A DNA stretch of 35,350 nt, taken from contig CALVWH010000003.1 in assembly GCA_944364705.1 (NCBI GenBank), forward strand, positions 1 through 35,350, in the 5' to 3' direction. The DNA is from an uncultured Bacilli bacterium (GTDB taxonomy: Bacteria; Bacillota_I; Bacilli_A; RF39; UBA660). The notes beneath the pieces are model-generated. The model did no database searches and was not told where the DNA came from. It saw only the letters and a list, made by a program, of their open reading frames with translations. A program made the translations under genes and the position numbers. Shown one piece after another: positions 9,970 through 22,100 of this stretch (position 1 is its first letter; each line of letters begins with the position of its first letter).

Positions 9970-10344
9970 ATGATTCAACAAGAAAGCCGTCTAAAAGTTG
10001 CTGACAATTCGGGTGCTCGTGAACTATCAGTCATTCGTGTACTTGGTGGAAGCAAAGTTAAGACAGGAAATATTGGAGATATTGTTGTAGCAACAGTTAA
10101 AAAAGCAATCCCAAATGGAACCATTGGAAAAGGAAAAGTTGTAAAAGCTGTTGTTGTACGTACAAAAGCTGGTTTGAGAAGAGAAGATGGATCTTATATT
10201 AAATTTGATGATAATGCTGCAGTTATTATTAAAAGTAGAGAAGATAAGACTCCAGTTGGAACTCGTGTTTTCGGACCAGTTGCACGCGAACTTCGCGATA
10301 AAGATTTTATGAAAATTGTATCACTTGCGAAAGAAGTGTTATAG
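9970..10344 (+). CDS. rplN: 50S ribosomal protein L14
   Basis: [19 protein letters not shown] is the L14 N-terminus. Confidence 0.97.
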   Translation: MIQQESRLKVADNSGARELSVIRVLGGSKVKTGNIGDIVVATVKKAIPNGTIGKGKVVKAVVVRTKAGLRREDGSYIKFDDNAAVIIKSREDKTPVGTRVFGPVARELRDKDFMKIVSLAKEVL

Positions 10345-10358
10345 TTTGGAGGGAAAAC

Positions 10359-10667
10359 ATGAATTTAAAAGTTGGCGATAAAGTTGTTGTTATTTCCGGA
10401 AAAGATAGAGGAAAAGAAGGAAAAATAACAAAAGTCTTAAGACAAGAAAACAGAGTTATCGTAGAAGGTGTTAACGTTTGTAAGAAACACATCAAAGGAA
10501 ATGGACAAACACCAGGAAGTATCGAAGAAATCGAAAGACCAATTCATGCGTCAAATGTTATGATTGTTGATCCAAAAACAGGAAAAAGAACAAGAATTGG
10601 TCATCAAGTAAATAAAGATGGAAAAAAAGTTAGAGTAGCAAAAAAATCAGGGAAAGAACTTGATTAG
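10359..10667 (+). CDS. rplX: 50S ribosomal protein L24
   Basis: [20 protein letters not shown] is the KOW motif. Confidence 0.96.
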   Translation: MNLKVGDKVVVISGKDRGKEGKITKVLRQENRVIVEGVNVCKKHIKGNGQTPGSIEEIERPIHASNVMIVDPKTGKRTRIGHQVNKDGKKVRVAKKSGKELD

Positions 10668-10685
10668 TAGAAGGAGGGTAATACT

Positions 10686-11225
10686 ATGGACCGCCTAAAA
10701 GAAAAATACAATAACGAAATCGTAGCAGATTTAATGAAAAAATATAATTATTCTAGTGTCATGGAAGTTCCAAAATTAGAAAAAATTGTTGTTAACATGG
10801 GAGTTGGAGATGCAACTCAAAACAGCAAACTTTTAGAAGCTGCAATGAAAGATTTAGAATTAATTACTGGTCAAAAAGCTGTTGCAACAAAAGCAAAAAA
10901 AGCAATTGCAGGATTTAAAGTTCGTGAAGGACAAGCAATCGGATGCAAAGTAACTTTAAGAGGAGATAATATGTACAACTTCTTAGATAAGTTAATCAGT
11001 ATTACACTTCCTCGTGTAAGGGACTTCCGTGGACTTTCACCAAAAGCTTTTGATGGACGTGGAAACTATACTATAGGACTTACAGAACAATTAATTTTTC
11101 AAGAAATCAATTATGATGATGTTGTAAAAGTTCGTGGGCTTGATGTTGTATTAGTTACAACAGCAAAAACAAACGAAGAAGCATACGATCTTTTAAAAGG
11201 TTTCGGAATACCTTTTAAGAAATAG
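10686..11225 (+). CDS. rplE: 50S ribosomal protein L5
   Basis: [11 protein letters not shown]...[15 protein letters not shown]. Confidence 0.97.
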   Translation: MDRLKEKYNNEIVADLMKKYNYSSVMEVPKLEKIVVNMGVGDATQNSKLLEAAMKDLELITGQKAVATKAKKAIAGFKVREGQAIGCKVTLRGDNMYNFLDKLISITLPRVRDFRGLSPKAFDGRGNYTIGLTEQLIFQEINYDDVVKVRGLDVVLVTTAKTNEEAYDLLKGFGIPFKK

Positions 11226-11246
11226 CTCTAAAATAAGGAGGATTTT

Positions 11247-11432
11247 ATGGCAAAAACAAGTATGAAAGTAAAAGCTAGTCGTACTCCTAAATACAAAGTT
11301 CGTGCATATACAAGATGTTCTCGTTGTGGAAGACCACATGCGGTACTTAAAAAATATGGAATATGCCGTATTTGTTTTAGAGAACTAGCATATAAAGGAC
11401 AAATACCAGGTGTAAAAAAATCAAGCTGGTAA
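11247..11432 (+). CDS. rpsN: 30S ribosomal protein S14, short zinc-binding (type Z) form
   Basis: 61 aa with CSRCGRP...CRIC (two CxxC pairs) and a C-terminal KSSW. Confidence 0.96.
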   Translation: MAKTSMKVKASRTPKYKVRAYTRCSRCGRPHAVLKKYGICRICFRELAYKGQIPGVKKSSW

Positions 11433-11450
11433 AATCGAAGGGAGGATAAT

Positions 11451-11849
11451 ATGGTAGTGTCTGATCCAATCGCAGATATGCTTACGAGAATTCGTAATGC
11501 AAATCAAATGAGATATAAAGAAGTTGAAATACCTGCTTCCAATATGAAAAAAGCAATCGCAAATATTTTAAAAGAAACAGGATTTATTAAAGATTTCAAA
11601 ATTAAGAAGAATGATGTACAAGATGTTATCGTACTTAGCTTAAAGTATGGAGATAAAAAAGAACGTGTAATTACTGGACTTAAAAGAATCAGTAAACCAG
11701 GATTACGTGTTTATGCGAAAGCAGAAGAAGTTCCTAAAGTTTTAAACGGACTAGGAATCGCTATTATTTCAACATCTAAAGGAGTTATGACAGACAAAGA
11801 AGCTCGTAAAAATAATTTAGGTGGAGAAGTATTAGCATATATTTGGTAG
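11451..11849 (+). CDS. rpsH: 30S ribosomal protein S8
   Basis: [16 protein letters not shown] is the S8 N-terminus. Confidence 0.97.
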   Translation: MVVSDPIADMLTRIRNANQMRYKEVEIPASNMKKAIANILKETGFIKDFKIKKNDVQDVIVLSLKYGDKKERVITGLKRISKPGLRVYAKAEEVPKVLNGLGIAIISTSKGVMTDKEARKNNLGGEVLAYIW

Positions 11850-11868
11850 AAAGTTAGGAGGGAAAAAA

Positions 11869-12402
11869 ATGAGTCGTATCGGAAATAGAATACTAAATGT
11901 TCCTGAAAACGTAACGGTAACCGTAAATGGAAATGAAGTTACTGTAAAAGGTCCAAAAGGAGAACTTTCTACTAAGGTAAATGACGGAATTACGGTAACC
12001 GTTAATGACGGAGTGGTTAAAGTAGAACGTAAAGACGATACCGTAAAGAATTTTCATGGAACAATGAATGCACTTATTGCAAATATGATCAAAGGTGTTT
12101 CTGAAGGATTTGTAAAACAATTAGAAGCCGTTGGTGTTGGATATCGTTTTACATTAAAAGGAAATACACTTGTATTAAACTTAGGAAAATCACATCCAGA
12201 AGAAGTTGAAATACCTGCAGACATTCAGGTAGAAGTTCCAAGCAATACCGAACTTACCATTCGTGGATGTAATAAAGAAAAAGTTGGAGAATTTGCAGCC
12301 AATATTAGAAAATTAAGACAACCAGAACCTTATAAAGGAAAAGGAATTCGTTATAAAGATGAACATATCCGTCGTAAAGTTGGAAAGAAAGCATCAAAAT
12401 AA
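11869..12402 (+). CDS. rplF: 50S ribosomal protein L6
   Basis: MSRIGNRILNVPENVTVTV...PEPYKGKGIRY. Confidence 0.97.
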   Translation: MSRIGNRILNVPENVTVTVNGNEVTVKGPKGELSTKVNDGITVTVNDGVVKVERKDDTVKNFHGTMNALIANMIKGVSEGFVKQLEAVGVGYRFTLKGNTLVLNLGKSHPEEVEIPADIQVEVPSNTELTIRGCNKEKVGEFAANIRKLRQPEPYKGKGIRYKDEHIRRKVGKKASK

Positions 12403-12424
12403 TTAAAGTAAAGGAGATTTTACT

Positions 12425-12787
12425 ATGATAAAAAAAGTAGTACGTAATGATGTGCGTAAAGCTAGACACAAAAGAGTAAGAGAAAAAGTCATAGGAACTA
12501 CACAAATACCTCGTCTTAATGTGTTTAGATCAAATAGTAATATTTTTGCTCAAATCATCGATGACGAAAAAGGAATTACTTTAGTTAGCGCTTCTTCTAT
12601 CGACAAAGAATTAAAATTAGAAAATGGTGGAAATGTAGAAGCTGCAACAAAAGTAGGAGAATTACTTGCAAAAAGAGCAAAAGAAGCAAAAATTGAAAAA
12701 GTTGTTTTTGATAGAGGTGGATACCTATATCATGGACGTGTAAAAGCTTTAGCAGAAGCTGCACGTGAAAATGGATTAGATTTCTAA
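12425..12787 (+). CDS. rplR: 50S ribosomal protein L18
   Basis: [11 protein letters not shown]...[17 protein letters not shown]...[21 protein letters not shown]. Confidence 0.97.
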   Translation: MIKKVVRNDVRKARHKRVREKVIGTTQIPRLNVFRSNSNIFAQIIDDEKGITLVSASSIDKELKLENGGNVEAATKVGELLAKRAKEAKIEKVVFDRGGYLYHGRVKALAEAARENGLDF

Positions 12788-12799
12788 GGAGGGTATTGA

Positions 12800-13303
12800 A
12801 TGGAAAAAAGAAGAAGAGAATCACGCCCAAAACAATATGAAGATGACGTTCTTGATATTAAAAGAGTTACAAAAGTAACAAAAGGTGGTCGTCGTTTCCG
12901 TTTCGCAGCAACCGTTGTTGTTGGAGATCGTAACGGAAAAGTAGGGCTTGGTACTGGAAAAGCAAACGAAGTTCCAGATGCAATTAAAAAAGCAATTCAA
13001 GCTGCTACAAAAAATGTGATTACTGTATCAATTGTCAATGGAACAATTCCACATGAAGCAATTGGGGTTCGCAGTGCCTCTCGTGTTCTTTTAAAACCAG
13101 CAGGAAAAGGAACTGGAGTTAAAGCAGGTGGATCTGTAAGAGCAGTTCTTGAAATGGCTGGAATAAAAGATATTTTATCAAAATCACTTGGTTCAAATAC
13201 CAAAATTAATACAGCTTATGCAACATTAGAAGCATTAAAAATGCAAAAAACAGCAGAAGAAATTGCACGTTTACGTGGTAAAAAAGTGGAGGAGATCTTA
13301 TAA
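12800..13303 (+). CDS. rpsE: 30S ribosomal protein S5
   Basis: [33 protein letters not shown]. Confidence 0.97.
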   Translation: MEKRRRESRPKQYEDDVLDIKRVTKVTKGGRRFRFAATVVVGDRNGKVGLGTGKANEVPDAIKKAIQAATKNVITVSIVNGTIPHEAIGVRSASRVLLKPAGKGTGVKAGGSVRAVLEMAGIKDILSKSLGSNTKINTAYATLEALKMQKTAEEIARLRGKKVEEIL

Positions 13304-13746
13304 TGAAATTACATACATTAAAACCAAATGAAGGTTCAAGAAAATCTCCTATGATCGTTGGTCGTGGACCAGGTAGTGGAAAAGGAAAAACTTCTGGAAG
13401 AGGAGAAAAAGGACAAAAAGCTAGAAGTGGATATAGTCATAAACCTGGATTTGAAGGAGGACAATTACCACTTTATCGTAGATTACCAAAACGTGGATTT
13501 AAAAATGCACTTTTCAAAAAAACATATGCTGTAATTAATTTAAGTGATTTAAATAAATTTGATAATGGTGCAACCGTTTCACCAGAAATCTTAAAAGAAA
13601 TGGGAATCATCAAGAAAGAACTTGATGGAATTAAAGTTTTAGGAAATGGAACTTTAGAGAAAAAATTAACGGTCAAAGCAAATAAATTTTCTACAACTGC
13701 AAAGGAACAAATAGAAAAATTAGGTGGAAAAGCTGAGGTGATCTAA
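13303..13746 (+). CDS. rplO: 50S ribosomal protein L15
   Basis: [14 protein letters not shown]...[20 protein letters not shown] overlap with rpsE, so there is no room for rpmD. Confidence 0.97.
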   Translation: MKLHTLKPNEGSRKSPMIVGRGPGSGKGKTSGRGEKGQKARSGYSHKPGFEGGQLPLYRRLPKRGFKNALFKKTYAVINLSDLNKFDNGATVSPEILKEMGIIKKELDGIKVLGNGTLEKKLTVKANKFSTTAKEQIEKLGGKAEVI

Positions 13747-13748
13747 TT

Positions 13749-15023
13749 ATGTTCGCCCAATTAAAGCTTATATTCAACAAAAAAAACAAAGAATTAAGAA
13801 ATCGAATTTTATTTACCTTTTTATGTTTATTTGTATTTAAACTTGGAACATCGATTATTGTTCCAGGAGTAGATACCACTGGACTTGGTGATCATTTAGG
13901 TTTTTTAGAACTCGTTAATGCCATGGGTGGAGGAGCAATGGAAAAATTTTCCGTTCTAGCTCTTGGTGTTATGCCATATATTACCGCATCCATTGTTATT
14001 CAATTGCTATCCATGTTAGATATTATTCCATATCTATCTGAACTTAGCAAACAAGGTGGTGTTGGTAGAAGCAAGCTAAATCAAATTACTAGAATTTTAG
14101 GAATTGTTTTAGCATTCATCCAAGGATATATGTTATCCTTTACCTTTATTCCAAATGGAAATCCATTAGATTACATGATGTTTGCAACCGTTTTAACGGC
14201 AGGGACTTGTTTCCTTTTATGGATTGCAGATCAAATTACCGCGAAAGGTGTAGGAAATGGAACGTCTTTAATTATCATGGCAGGAATTATCGCAACCTTA
14301 CCATCGATGTTTAAAGATGCCTATAACAGTTTAATGACAATCGGAGATTTACAACAAACTTTATTTGGTGCTACTAAATTTGCTCTTTTTGTCATTGTAT
14401 ATTTAATCATTGTACTTGGTGTTGTTTATGTGGAATTATCCGAAAGAAGAATTCCAATTCAATATGCAAACAAAACCAATAGTGTCTATGGCGCAAATAA
14501 AAACTATATGCCTTTTAAATTAAATTCTGCAGGAGTTATGCCTGTTATCTTTGCATCTGCATTAATTTCCATTCCTGGATTAATCGCAATGTTTCTAAAA
14601 AACGATAACTTTAATTTATTTGTTAGTAAATATTTGTCAATTTCTTCTGGCGTTGGATTTGTCCTATATATCATTTTCATTTTAATTTTCGCTTATATTT
14701 ATACCTTTATGGCAATGAAACCAAAAGATATATCAGAAAATCTAAGCAAAAGTGGAGGATTTATTCCAGGAATTCGTCCAGGAGAAGAAACCATAAAATA
14801 TTTAACCAAAACATTAAAAAGAATTACCTTTGTAGGAGCTACATTCTTAGCGATTATTGCCGCTTTACCTATGATTTTTAATGTCTTTACAGAACTTCCA
14901 AGCAGTGTTAGTGTTGGAGGAACCGGACTTTTAATCGTCGTAGGAGTAGCACTAGAAACTTATAAACAAATTACTAGTAAGTTAAAAACAACCGAATATG
15001 TTAGAGGAAGAAGGCGTAGATAA
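13749..15023 (+). CDS. secY: Preprotein translocase subunit SecY
   Basis: Multi-TM protein with LGVMPYITASIVIQLL and GGFIPGIRPG motifs, in the conserved position after rplO. Confidence 0.97.
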   Translation: MFAQLKLIFNKKNKELRNRILFTFLCLFVFKLGTSIIVPGVDTTGLGDHLGFLELVNAMGGGAMEKFSVLALGVMPYITASIVIQLLSMLDIIPYLSELSKQGGVGRSKLNQITRILGIVLAFIQGYMLSFTFIPNGNPLDYMMFATVLTAGTCFLLWIADQITAKGVGNGTSLIIMAGIIATLPSMFKDAYNSLMTIGDLQQTLFGATKFALFVIVYLIIVLGVVYVELSERRIPIQYANKTNSVYGANKNYMPFKLNSAGVMPVIFASALISIPGLIAMFLKNDNFNLFVSKYLSISSGVGFVLYIIFILIFAYIYTFMAMKPKDISENLSKSGGFIPGIRPGEETIKYLTKTLKRITFVGATFLAIIAALPMIFNVFTELPSSVSVGGTGLLIVVGVALETYKQITSKLKTTEYVRGRRRR

Positions 15024-15674
15024 ATGAACATCTTATTTATCGCGCCACCTGCTGCAGGAAAAGGAACTTGCTCAAAAATATTAGGGGATCGTTATCATTT
15101 AAAACATATCTCAACCGGAGATCTACTTCGAGAAGAAGCTAGAAAAAATCCATTCCTAAAGAAAAAAATGGAAGAAGGAACTTTGATTGAAGATGGAACC
15201 GTTCTTTCTTTATTAAAAAAGAAATTAATGAGTACCATGGATTCCGCTGGACGAATTTTTGATGGATTTCCAAGAAATCTATCACAAGCAGAAGCGTTTG
15301 ATGAAATTCTTCATTCTTTAGGAGAAAAAGTTGATTATGTTTTCTTATTAGATTTAAAAAAAGATGTTTGTGAAAAAAGAATCCTTTATCGTCTTTCATG
15401 TCCACAATGTGGAAGAGTTTATAATCGTGAGGTTTTGTCACGAAAACCAAGTCAAGAGGGACTTTGTGATGATTGTCACTGCTCTTTAATAAAAAGAGAA
15501 GATGATAATAAAGAAACTTTTGAAAAACGTTTTGAAACTTATGAAAAGGAAACAAAACCGTTGCTTTCCTATTATGAAAATAAGAAAAATCTTTATAAAA
15601 TAAATGCCGATCGGGATACTGAAGAAATTATAAAAGATATGATAAATCTTTTGGAGCAAAAAAAATATGATTAG
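15024..15674 (+). CDS. adk: Adenylate kinase (Cys4 zinc-lid type)
   Basis: P-loop APPAAGKGT, ISTGDLLR motif, and lid CPQCGR...CDDC. Confidence 0.95.
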   Translation: MNILFIAPPAAGKGTCSKILGDRYHLKHISTGDLLREEARKNPFLKKKMEEGTLIEDGTVLSLLKKKLMSTMDSAGRIFDGFPRNLSQAEAFDEILHSLGEKVDYVFLLDLKKDVCEKRILYRLSCPQCGRVYNREVLSRKPSQEGLCDDCHCSLIKREDDNKETFEKRFETYEKETKPLLSYYENKKNLYKINADRDTEEIIKDMINLLEQKKYD

Positions 15675-16413
15675 TATTAAAACAAAGCGAGAAATCGAAC
15701 TTTTGCGAAAAGCTGGAGAAATTACTGGGAAAACCCATCGCTATTTAGAAAAATTTATTAAACCAGGAATTACGACAAAAGAACTTGATAAACTAGCTTA
15801 TGATTTTATTATAAAAGAAAATGCAACCCCTTCTTTTTTACATTATGATGGTTTTCCTGCAAGTATTTGCACTTCGATCAACGATGAAGTAGTACATGGA
15901 ATTCCATCCAATCGTAAACTAAAAGAAGGAGACATTATATCTTTAGATATTGGGGCATGTTATAAAGGATATCATGGAGATTCTGCTTGGACTTATCCAG
16001 TAGGAAAAATTTCTGATGAAAAGAAAGCTTTATTAGAATATACCGAAAAATCTTTATATGAAGGTCTTTCTGCAATTCATAATGGAGCTCATATTGGAGA
16101 TATTGGCGAAAAAGTTGAAACCTATGCAAAGAAACATCATTTAGGAGTTGTTCGTGAACTTGTTGGACATGGTGTTGGAAGTAATGTTCATGAAATGCCA
16201 GATGTTCCAAATTATGGAAAAGCAAATACTGGTCCTTTATTAAAAGAAGGAATGGTTATCGCGGTAGAACCTATGTTAAATTTAGGTACCGAAGAAATTA
16301 GTATCTTAGACGATGGATGGACAATTGTGACCGATGATGGAAAACCATCTGCACATTTTGAACACACGGTTTTAGTTACAAAAGATGGATATGAAATATT
16401 AACAAAGAGGTGA
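15667..16413 (+). CDS. map: Type I methionine aminopeptidase
   Basis: [26 protein letters not shown] and EP/FEHT metal-ligand motifs. Overlaps adk by 8 nt (ATGATTAG). Confidence 0.96.
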   Translation: MISIKTKREIELLRKAGEITGKTHRYLEKFIKPGITTKELDKLAYDFIIKENATPSFLHYDGFPASICTSINDEVVHGIPSNRKLKEGDIISLDIGACYKGYHGDSAWTYPVGKISDEKKALLEYTEKSLYEGLSAIHNGAHIGDIGEKVETYAKKHHLGVVRELVGHGVGSNVHEMPDVPNYGKANTGPLLKEGMVIAVEPMLNLGTEEISILDDGWTIVTDDGKPSAHFEHTVLVTKDGYEILTKR

Positions 16414-16417
16414 TAAA

Positions 16418-16633
16418 ATGGCTAAGAGTGATACGATTGAAGTAGAAGGAAAAGTAATTGATAAATTACCAAACGGAGAATTTAAAGTAGAACTTGTAAA
16501 TAAACATACTGTAATTGCTCACGTTTCTGGTAAAATCCGTATGAACTTTATTCGCATTTTACCAGGGGATACAGTAAAAGTTGAACTTTCAACTTATGAT
16601 TTAACACGTGGGAGAATAACCTATAGAAAGTAG
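16418..16633 (+). CDS. infA: Translation initiation factor IF-1
   Basis: [26 protein letters not shown]...[30 protein letters not shown]. Confidence 0.97.
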   Translation: MAKSDTIEVEGKVIDKLPNGEFKVELVNKHTVIAHVSGKIRMNFIRILPGDTVKVELSTYDLTRGRITYRK

Positions 16634-16644
16634 GAGGATTATTT

Positions 16645-16758
16645 ATGAAAGTAAGGGCATCAGTTAAAAAGATGTGCAAAAATTGTAAAATTATTAGAAG
16701 AAAAGGGAAAGTACGTGTTATTTGTACCGACCCAAAACACAAACAAAGACAAGGTTAG
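16645..16758 (+). CDS. rpmJ: 50S ribosomal protein L36 (zinc-ribbon form)
   Basis: Not in the supplied ORF track (37 codons). My translation is [37 protein letters not shown], with SD GGAGGA 7 nt upstream. It has the C-x2-C-x12-C-x4-H pattern and lies between infA and rpsM. Confidence 0.95.
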   Translation: MKVRASVKKMCKNCKIIRRKGKVRVICTDPKHKQRQG

Positions 16759-16773
16759 TAGGAGGCGAAAAAT

Positions 16774-17139
16774 ATGGCACGTATTAAAGGTGTAGATATA
16801 CCAAATAATAAAAGAATTGAGATAGCTTTAACTTATATTTATGGAATTGGAAGAAGTTTATCAAATCGCATTTTAAAAGATGCAAACGTCGATCCAAATA
16901 AAAAAGCTGGAGATTTGTCAAATGAAGAATTAGTTCTTATTCGTAACGAAGTAAATAAATACCCAACAGAAGGTGATTTACGTCGTGAAGTAAATATGAA
17001 CATTAAAACAAAAATGGAAATTAACTCTTATCAAGGAACTCGCCATAAAAAAGGATTACCAGTAAGAGGACAAAGAACAAATCGTAACGCTAGAACTCGT
17101 AAGGGTAAAGGAAAAACAATTGCCAATAAGAAAAAATAA
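16774..17139 (+). CDS. rpsM: 30S ribosomal protein S13
   Basis: [26 protein letters not shown]. Confidence 0.97.
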   Translation: MARIKGVDIPNNKRIEIALTYIYGIGRSLSNRILKDANVDPNKKAGDLSNEELVLIRNEVNKYPTEGDLRREVNMNIKTKMEINSYQGTRHKKGLPVRGQRTNRNARTRKGKGKTIANKKK

Positions 17140-17163
17140 TATAAGTAAAAGGAGGTTATAAAC

Positions 17164-17547
17164 ATGGCTTATAAAGCAAGAAAACGTAAAGTGAAAAAGA
17201 ATGTACCTGAAGGAAAAGCATACATTCATTCAACATTCAATAATACGATTGTCACTTTGTGTGATAAAAGTGGAAATGTAATTAGTTGGGCTTCTGCTGG
17301 AACTTTAGGATTTAAAGGAAGTAAAAAATCAACTCCATATGCTGCAGGAATGGCTGCAGAAGCTGCTGGAAAAGCTGCAACAGACATGGGTATGAAAAAA
17401 GTAGATGTTTTTGTTAACGGATTAGGTTCTGGTAGAGAAACAGCTATTCGTTCTTTACAAACGGTCGGACTTGAAATTTTATCAATTTCTGATGTAACAC
17501 CAGTACCACATAACGGATGTCGTCCACCAAAACGTCCACGTGGATAA
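17164..17547 (+). CDS. rpsK: 30S ribosomal protein S11
   Basis: [33 protein letters not shown]...[16 protein letters not shown]. Confidence 0.97.
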   Translation: MAYKARKRKVKKNVPEGKAYIHSTFNNTIVTLCDKSGNVISWASAGTLGFKGSKKSTPYAAGMAAEAAGKAATDMGMKKVDVFVNGLGSGRETAIRSLQTVGLEILSISDVTPVPHNGCRPPKRPRG

Positions 17548-17566
17548 TAAGATAAGGAGTGGTGAA

Positions 17567-18517
17567 ATGTTAAATTTTGAAAAACCAATGTATAAAATTA
17601 CAGACTATGTCGAAAGTAGTCATTATGGAAGATTCGAATTAGAACCTTTAGAAAGAGGATTTGGAACAACCATTGGAAATGCTCTTCGTAGAGTTATGCT
17701 TTCTAGCATGCCTGGTTCTGCAATTGTTGCAGTTAAAATCGAAGGAGTTATGCATGAATTTCAAACAATTGATGGTGTTTATGAAGACGTTACCGCAATC
17801 GTTTTGAATTTAAAAAATGTTGTTGTTAAAAACCTTACCGATGAAGATCAAATTTTACATTTATCAGTATCTGAGGAAAAAGTTGTAACAGCTGCTGATA
17901 TTGATGCAAATCCAAATGTAGAAATTGTAAATCCAGACCAAGTAATCGCTACTTTAGCAAAAGGTGGAAGATTGGATATGGAACTTGTTGTTTCCAATGG
18001 TAGAGGATATGTTCCATCAAGTGAAAATAAAAAATTTATTGAAAACAATAAAATTGGATATATTGCTATCGATGCTCTTTATTCTCCAATCGAACGTGTT
18101 AGTTTCGAAGTAGAAGCTGCACGTGTTGGGCAAGATGCAAGTTACAATAAATTAATTATGGATGTCTATACAAACGGTTCAATTCGTCCAGAAGAAGCAA
18201 TGGCTCTTAGTGCTAAAATCTTAATTGAACACTTGAATATTATTACAAACCTTAGTGAAATCGCAGATACTACTGGGGTTATGAACGCAAAACAAGAAGA
18301 TAGCAAGTTAAAGAAATTAGAAACACCTATCGATGATTTAGATTTTTCCGTAAGAGCTTATAATTGCTTAAAAAGAGCGAACATCAATACGCTTGGAGAT
18401 TTAACAGAAAAATCAGAACTTGAAATGATGAAGATTCGTAACTTAGGTAAAAAATCTTTAAAAGAAGTTATTGATAAAATTAAAGATATGGGACTTAGAT
18501 TCCGTGATGATGATTAA
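17567..18517 (+). CDS. rpoA: DNA-directed RNA polymerase subunit alpha
   Basis: MLNFEKP...[19 protein letters not shown] and C-terminal domain [24 protein letters not shown] 17567 sits 7 nt after SD AAGGAG, so it is preferred over the track start at 17540, which overlaps rpsK. Confidence 0.96.
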   Translation: MLNFEKPMYKITDYVESSHYGRFELEPLERGFGTTIGNALRRVMLSSMPGSAIVAVKIEGVMHEFQTIDGVYEDVTAIVLNLKNVVVKNLTDEDQILHLSVSEEKVVTAADIDANPNVEIVNPDQVIATLAKGGRLDMELVVSNGRGYVPSSENKKFIENNKIGYIAIDALYSPIERVSFEVEAARVGQDASYNKLIMDVYTNGSIRPEEAMALSAKILIEHLNIITNLSEIADTTGVMNAKQEDSKLKKLETPIDDLDFSVRAYNCLKRANINTLGDLTEKSELEMMKIRNLGKKSLKEVIDKIKDMGLRFRDDD

Positions 18518-18534
18518 AAGTTAGGAGGATATAT

Positions 18535-18888
18535 ATGTACAGAAAATTAGGTCGTACCAACAAACATAGAAAAAGTATGCTTGCAAACCTAACGAAAGAT
18601 CTTATTAACAATGAAAGAATCGAAACAACAGAAACCCGTGCAAAAGAAGTGCGTAAATTTGTTGACAAAATGATTACATACGGAAAAGATGGATCTTTAG
18701 TTGCAAGAAGAAAAGCATTAGCCTTTTTACATAACGACAAAAACACAGTAAAAAAAGTATTTGATGATTTAGCACCTCGTTATGCAAATCGAAACGGTGG
18801 ATATACAAGAATCTTAAAATTAACAGAACGTAGAGGCGATGACGCTTTAATGGTAATTTTAGAACTTGTTGAAGGAGATGAAAAATAA
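18535..18888 (+). CDS. rplQ: 50S ribosomal protein L17
   Basis: [19 protein letters not shown] is the L17 N-terminus. Last gene of the alpha operon. Confidence 0.97.
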   Translation: MYRKLGRTNKHRKSMLANLTKDLINNERIETTETRAKEVRKFVDKMITYGKDGSLVARRKALAFLHNDKNTVKKVFDDLAPRYANRNGGYTRILKLTERRGDDALMVILELVEGDEK

Positions 18889-18908
18889 GCACAATTGTGC
18901 TTTTTTTT
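18887..18908 (+). terminator. Rho-independent terminator after rplQ
   Basis: AAGCAC-AATT-GTGCTT hairpin (6-bp stem) followed by a T8 run. The stem is short, so read-through is plausible. Confidence 0.6.
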
Positions 18909-19109
18909 GACTTATATGATTATGAACAAAAAATAAGAAATGGAATGCTAGATCATTGTATTGAAAAAATATAGAATACAAATGGAACCAATCGTCTATG
19001 GAAAAGTTTGACAAAAAAGATGCACTTGGTTTATGAAGTGTCTTATCTCATTAGTTGAAAGAAAGTAATATTTGTGTTATCCTTATAAGGAAAGTACTGG
19101 TGGTTTTTA

Positions 19110-22100
19110 GTGGAAAAAATTTCTTTAAATGAATTTTTGAAAATAAAAAATAGACTCCTCTCTTTAGAAACAAAAATAGAGAAAAAAGAGGAAGATTTAA
19201 AAACTTTAGAAGATCAATATTTTAAACTTCAACAACGTCTTCTTTCTTATGATTTAAGTGATATTCCTTTCGAAGCCTGGGAAGGAATACAAATCTTATC
19301 TTATGCAGATCATTGGATGGACTTTTCAAAAACAAAGGCAAACATTGATTTTTCAATCCTTGGATGCCTTGGATTTTGTAACTTTAAAGGATGTAACGTA
19401 AAAAATATAGAAAATCTACAGATGTTTTTAAAACCAGATTTCTTTGATGAAGAAACCATCAAAAAAAATGAACATTTATTTTTATCTGATATCTTTTCAA
19501 AAGAATTTAAAGAAAAATTTTATCAACATCAATTAACAATGGACGATCTTACTTCTTTATCTTTGATGCAAATTTCTGAGTTGAAAGAAAAGAAAGTAGA
19601 ACAACATTTTTCTTTTGAAAAAAATTATAGTAGAAATTTTTTGTTGCTTATCGGTATCGAAAAGGCTCGAAACCTTTATCTATTATCCAAAGAAACCTTC
19701 GAAACCTTAAATATTATTTTTGACCATTTTCAAATATATTTATTAGAAAAAAGCGACTTTAAAACAAACGTACAAAAGGTAGAAGTATCAGAAATGAAAA
19801 GTTTTTTCTTTGCTTCCCTTCGAGACTTAATCATCAATTCCTATATGACCTTGAATATTCAAAACTTTCCAGAAATGTTCCTTAAAGAAAATAAAGACCT
19901 ATTTTTAATAGAAAAACAAATTCCAGAAGAAGTAAAAGAAAGATATTACTTAAAAAAACTAACGTTAGAAGATCTTTCATATCTTTCTGAGTTTCCAGAT
20001 CTTCCGGTCGAAAACTTTGTAGAAGATGGTAGATTTCGAACTTTATCTGCTGCATTAGGATATGGAAATTTACAAAAAGCATTAAAAATAAATTTTAATA
20101 TTATAAAATATCTAATCAATACGAATAAAGTATATGATTTTTGTAATTTTTGTGATTCTATTTCTTTTAAAATGTTATCTAAGATAACTTTTGAACAAAA
20201 ATTTAATCAAGCAATAAAAGAATTTTTTCATATGCATAATACTTTAGAATCTTCCGAGGAACTTATGAACTACGATCCGTCGCTATTTCCATTAGAAGAA
20301 AATCAACGCCAAGTAATAGAACTTTTAACGCTTCCACATATCAAACAATTTGAAAAAGAAACAAATTTCTTTTTTCATAAGTCTTCAAATATGTTTGATG
20401 TCTTTTGCAAATATTATCTAAATAATTTTAATCAAATGCCAGAAGAAAACCTTTCCTATGACGATTTTCTAGAACTTATGGCTCAATGTATCGAAGCAAT
20501 GAAAGCATCAAACATTTTCACTATCGTACCAAACTATGATTGGATGGAAGGAAAATTTCGGGAAGATCATCCGGAGCTTTTTATCGATAAAAATGCTCCA
20601 GAAGAATTAAAAGGTGCCTTTTATAAAAATCAAATCACCCCAGATCTTTTACGAAACCATAAAGAATATATTCCTTATTTATTCGATAAAAATTTAGAAA
20701 CAACGATTAAAGTAAAATGGAATTTAACCTTTTCTATCGAAGGACAATACACTTGTTACACAAATTTTATTAGAGAATACGAAAAACGCTATGGAAAACA
20801 AAAACTCTTAAATTTATTAGTAGCTTACGGAGATTTACTATCAGATCTTTCCGTTTCCAACGAACATCAAGAAATCGAAAATGAAAAAGCTATTGAAAAA
20901 AATTTACAAGAAGCAATTTATCAAAAAATATTAAAAGAAAACGTCGATTATTCTTATTTAGAAACTTTAGATTCTTTTGTAAAAAAGTATCCAGATATAT
21001 TTTTAAACTTAGATTCTTTCGACTTTCCAGAAGAAGAAAAGTTACGCTTAAAAAAACGTTTTTATGAAAGAAAATTAACGTTCGAGGATATTTGGAAACA
21101 TCCAGAGTTAGTCTCTATCCTCGCTCATAAAAACTTAGAAATTCCGTTTTGGAATTTGTATCATATCCATTCTTATGATACTCCAGTTAATTTAAAAACA
21201 AATACCACTTTATTTTTAAAGAAGTTGAAAAAAGAAGAATTTTTAAATCTTTGTGCTTGCTACGGTCGATATCTAACCGATGTTCCGAATTTATCTTTTG
21301 AATTTAAAGAGAATTCCGAAGAAAATTTTCTTCTTTTAAAAAGAAAAATAGAATCTTATATCAAAAAAAGAAGTAGAAGCGGGGAAATATCTTATACGTT
21401 GGAAGATGCACCAGATTTTTTAAAAAAAGAATGTCCAGACTTATTTTTAGAAGAAAATGCACCAGAAGAGTTAAAAAAATACTTTTATAATAAAGACGAA
21501 AGATATCCGCTTAACTTTGTAATATTGCACAATCATCCAGAATGGATGCCATATCTAAAAGGAAAATCTATAAGTACTGCTTTATCTAGAGGATTAACGA
21601 TCAAAAACAACATGCAGAAATACTTTAACCTTTTTGGCGAAGAAACTGCCTTAAAATTAGGCCTTACAAAAGCAAATACGGTAACCAAAATGATTGATGA
21701 CGATCAAGTAGATTTAATGAAAAAATGGTATGATAAAACTGGACAAACGTTTTTACCAGATTATGTCGTGATGCAAACATTTCCAATCGATCAAGCCGAT
21801 AAGTTTTTAACATCTGGTAGACTATGGAGTAAACTCATGAACATTCAAAGCTTTTGTCAAACTGCAGAAGCAAGAGAAGCTACTCTAAAATTAGCATATT
21901 CGTTTGGTGCGTTTGATGCGGATCAAAGAGGATTTAAAAAATTAGAAGAATTATTAACTGGATTACCAAAACAAATTTCTTCCTCTTATGAACATGTGAT
22001 GAACAATGTAAAAAATAGGATCGAAGAAAACAAAGAATCTATGCAAAAATTCTTCAAAAAAGAAGAGGGAGAAAAAGAAATAAAATCGGATCTATTTTCC

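Noticed and set aside
17226-17588. 120-aa minus-strand ORF antisense to rpsK. Similar antisense ORFs occur in adk (15139-15555), rplD (6150-6555), rplB (6893-7189, 7604-7858), rpsE (12997-13203), the giant ORF (19882-20082, 22668-22907, 23316-23534) and elsewhere.
   Set aside because: Each lies entirely within a confidently identified gene on the other strand. They have low-complexity Phe/Leu/Ser-rich translations typical of shadow frames in AT-rich DNA, and no SD or family resemblance.
18909-19109. A strong promoter for the giant ORF in the 200-nt gap after rplQ.
   Set aside because: Only weak matches are present (TTGACA with a poor -10; TTGAAA-17-TATCCT). Transcription may depend on read-through of the short rplQ terminator, so no feature was called.
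19320-19420. Pentapeptide-repeat-like stretch (ANIDFSILGCLGFCNFKGCNVKNIENL) near the N-terminus of the giant ORF.
   Set aside because: Only about four loosely matching pentads are present, which is too short and irregular to call from sequence alone.
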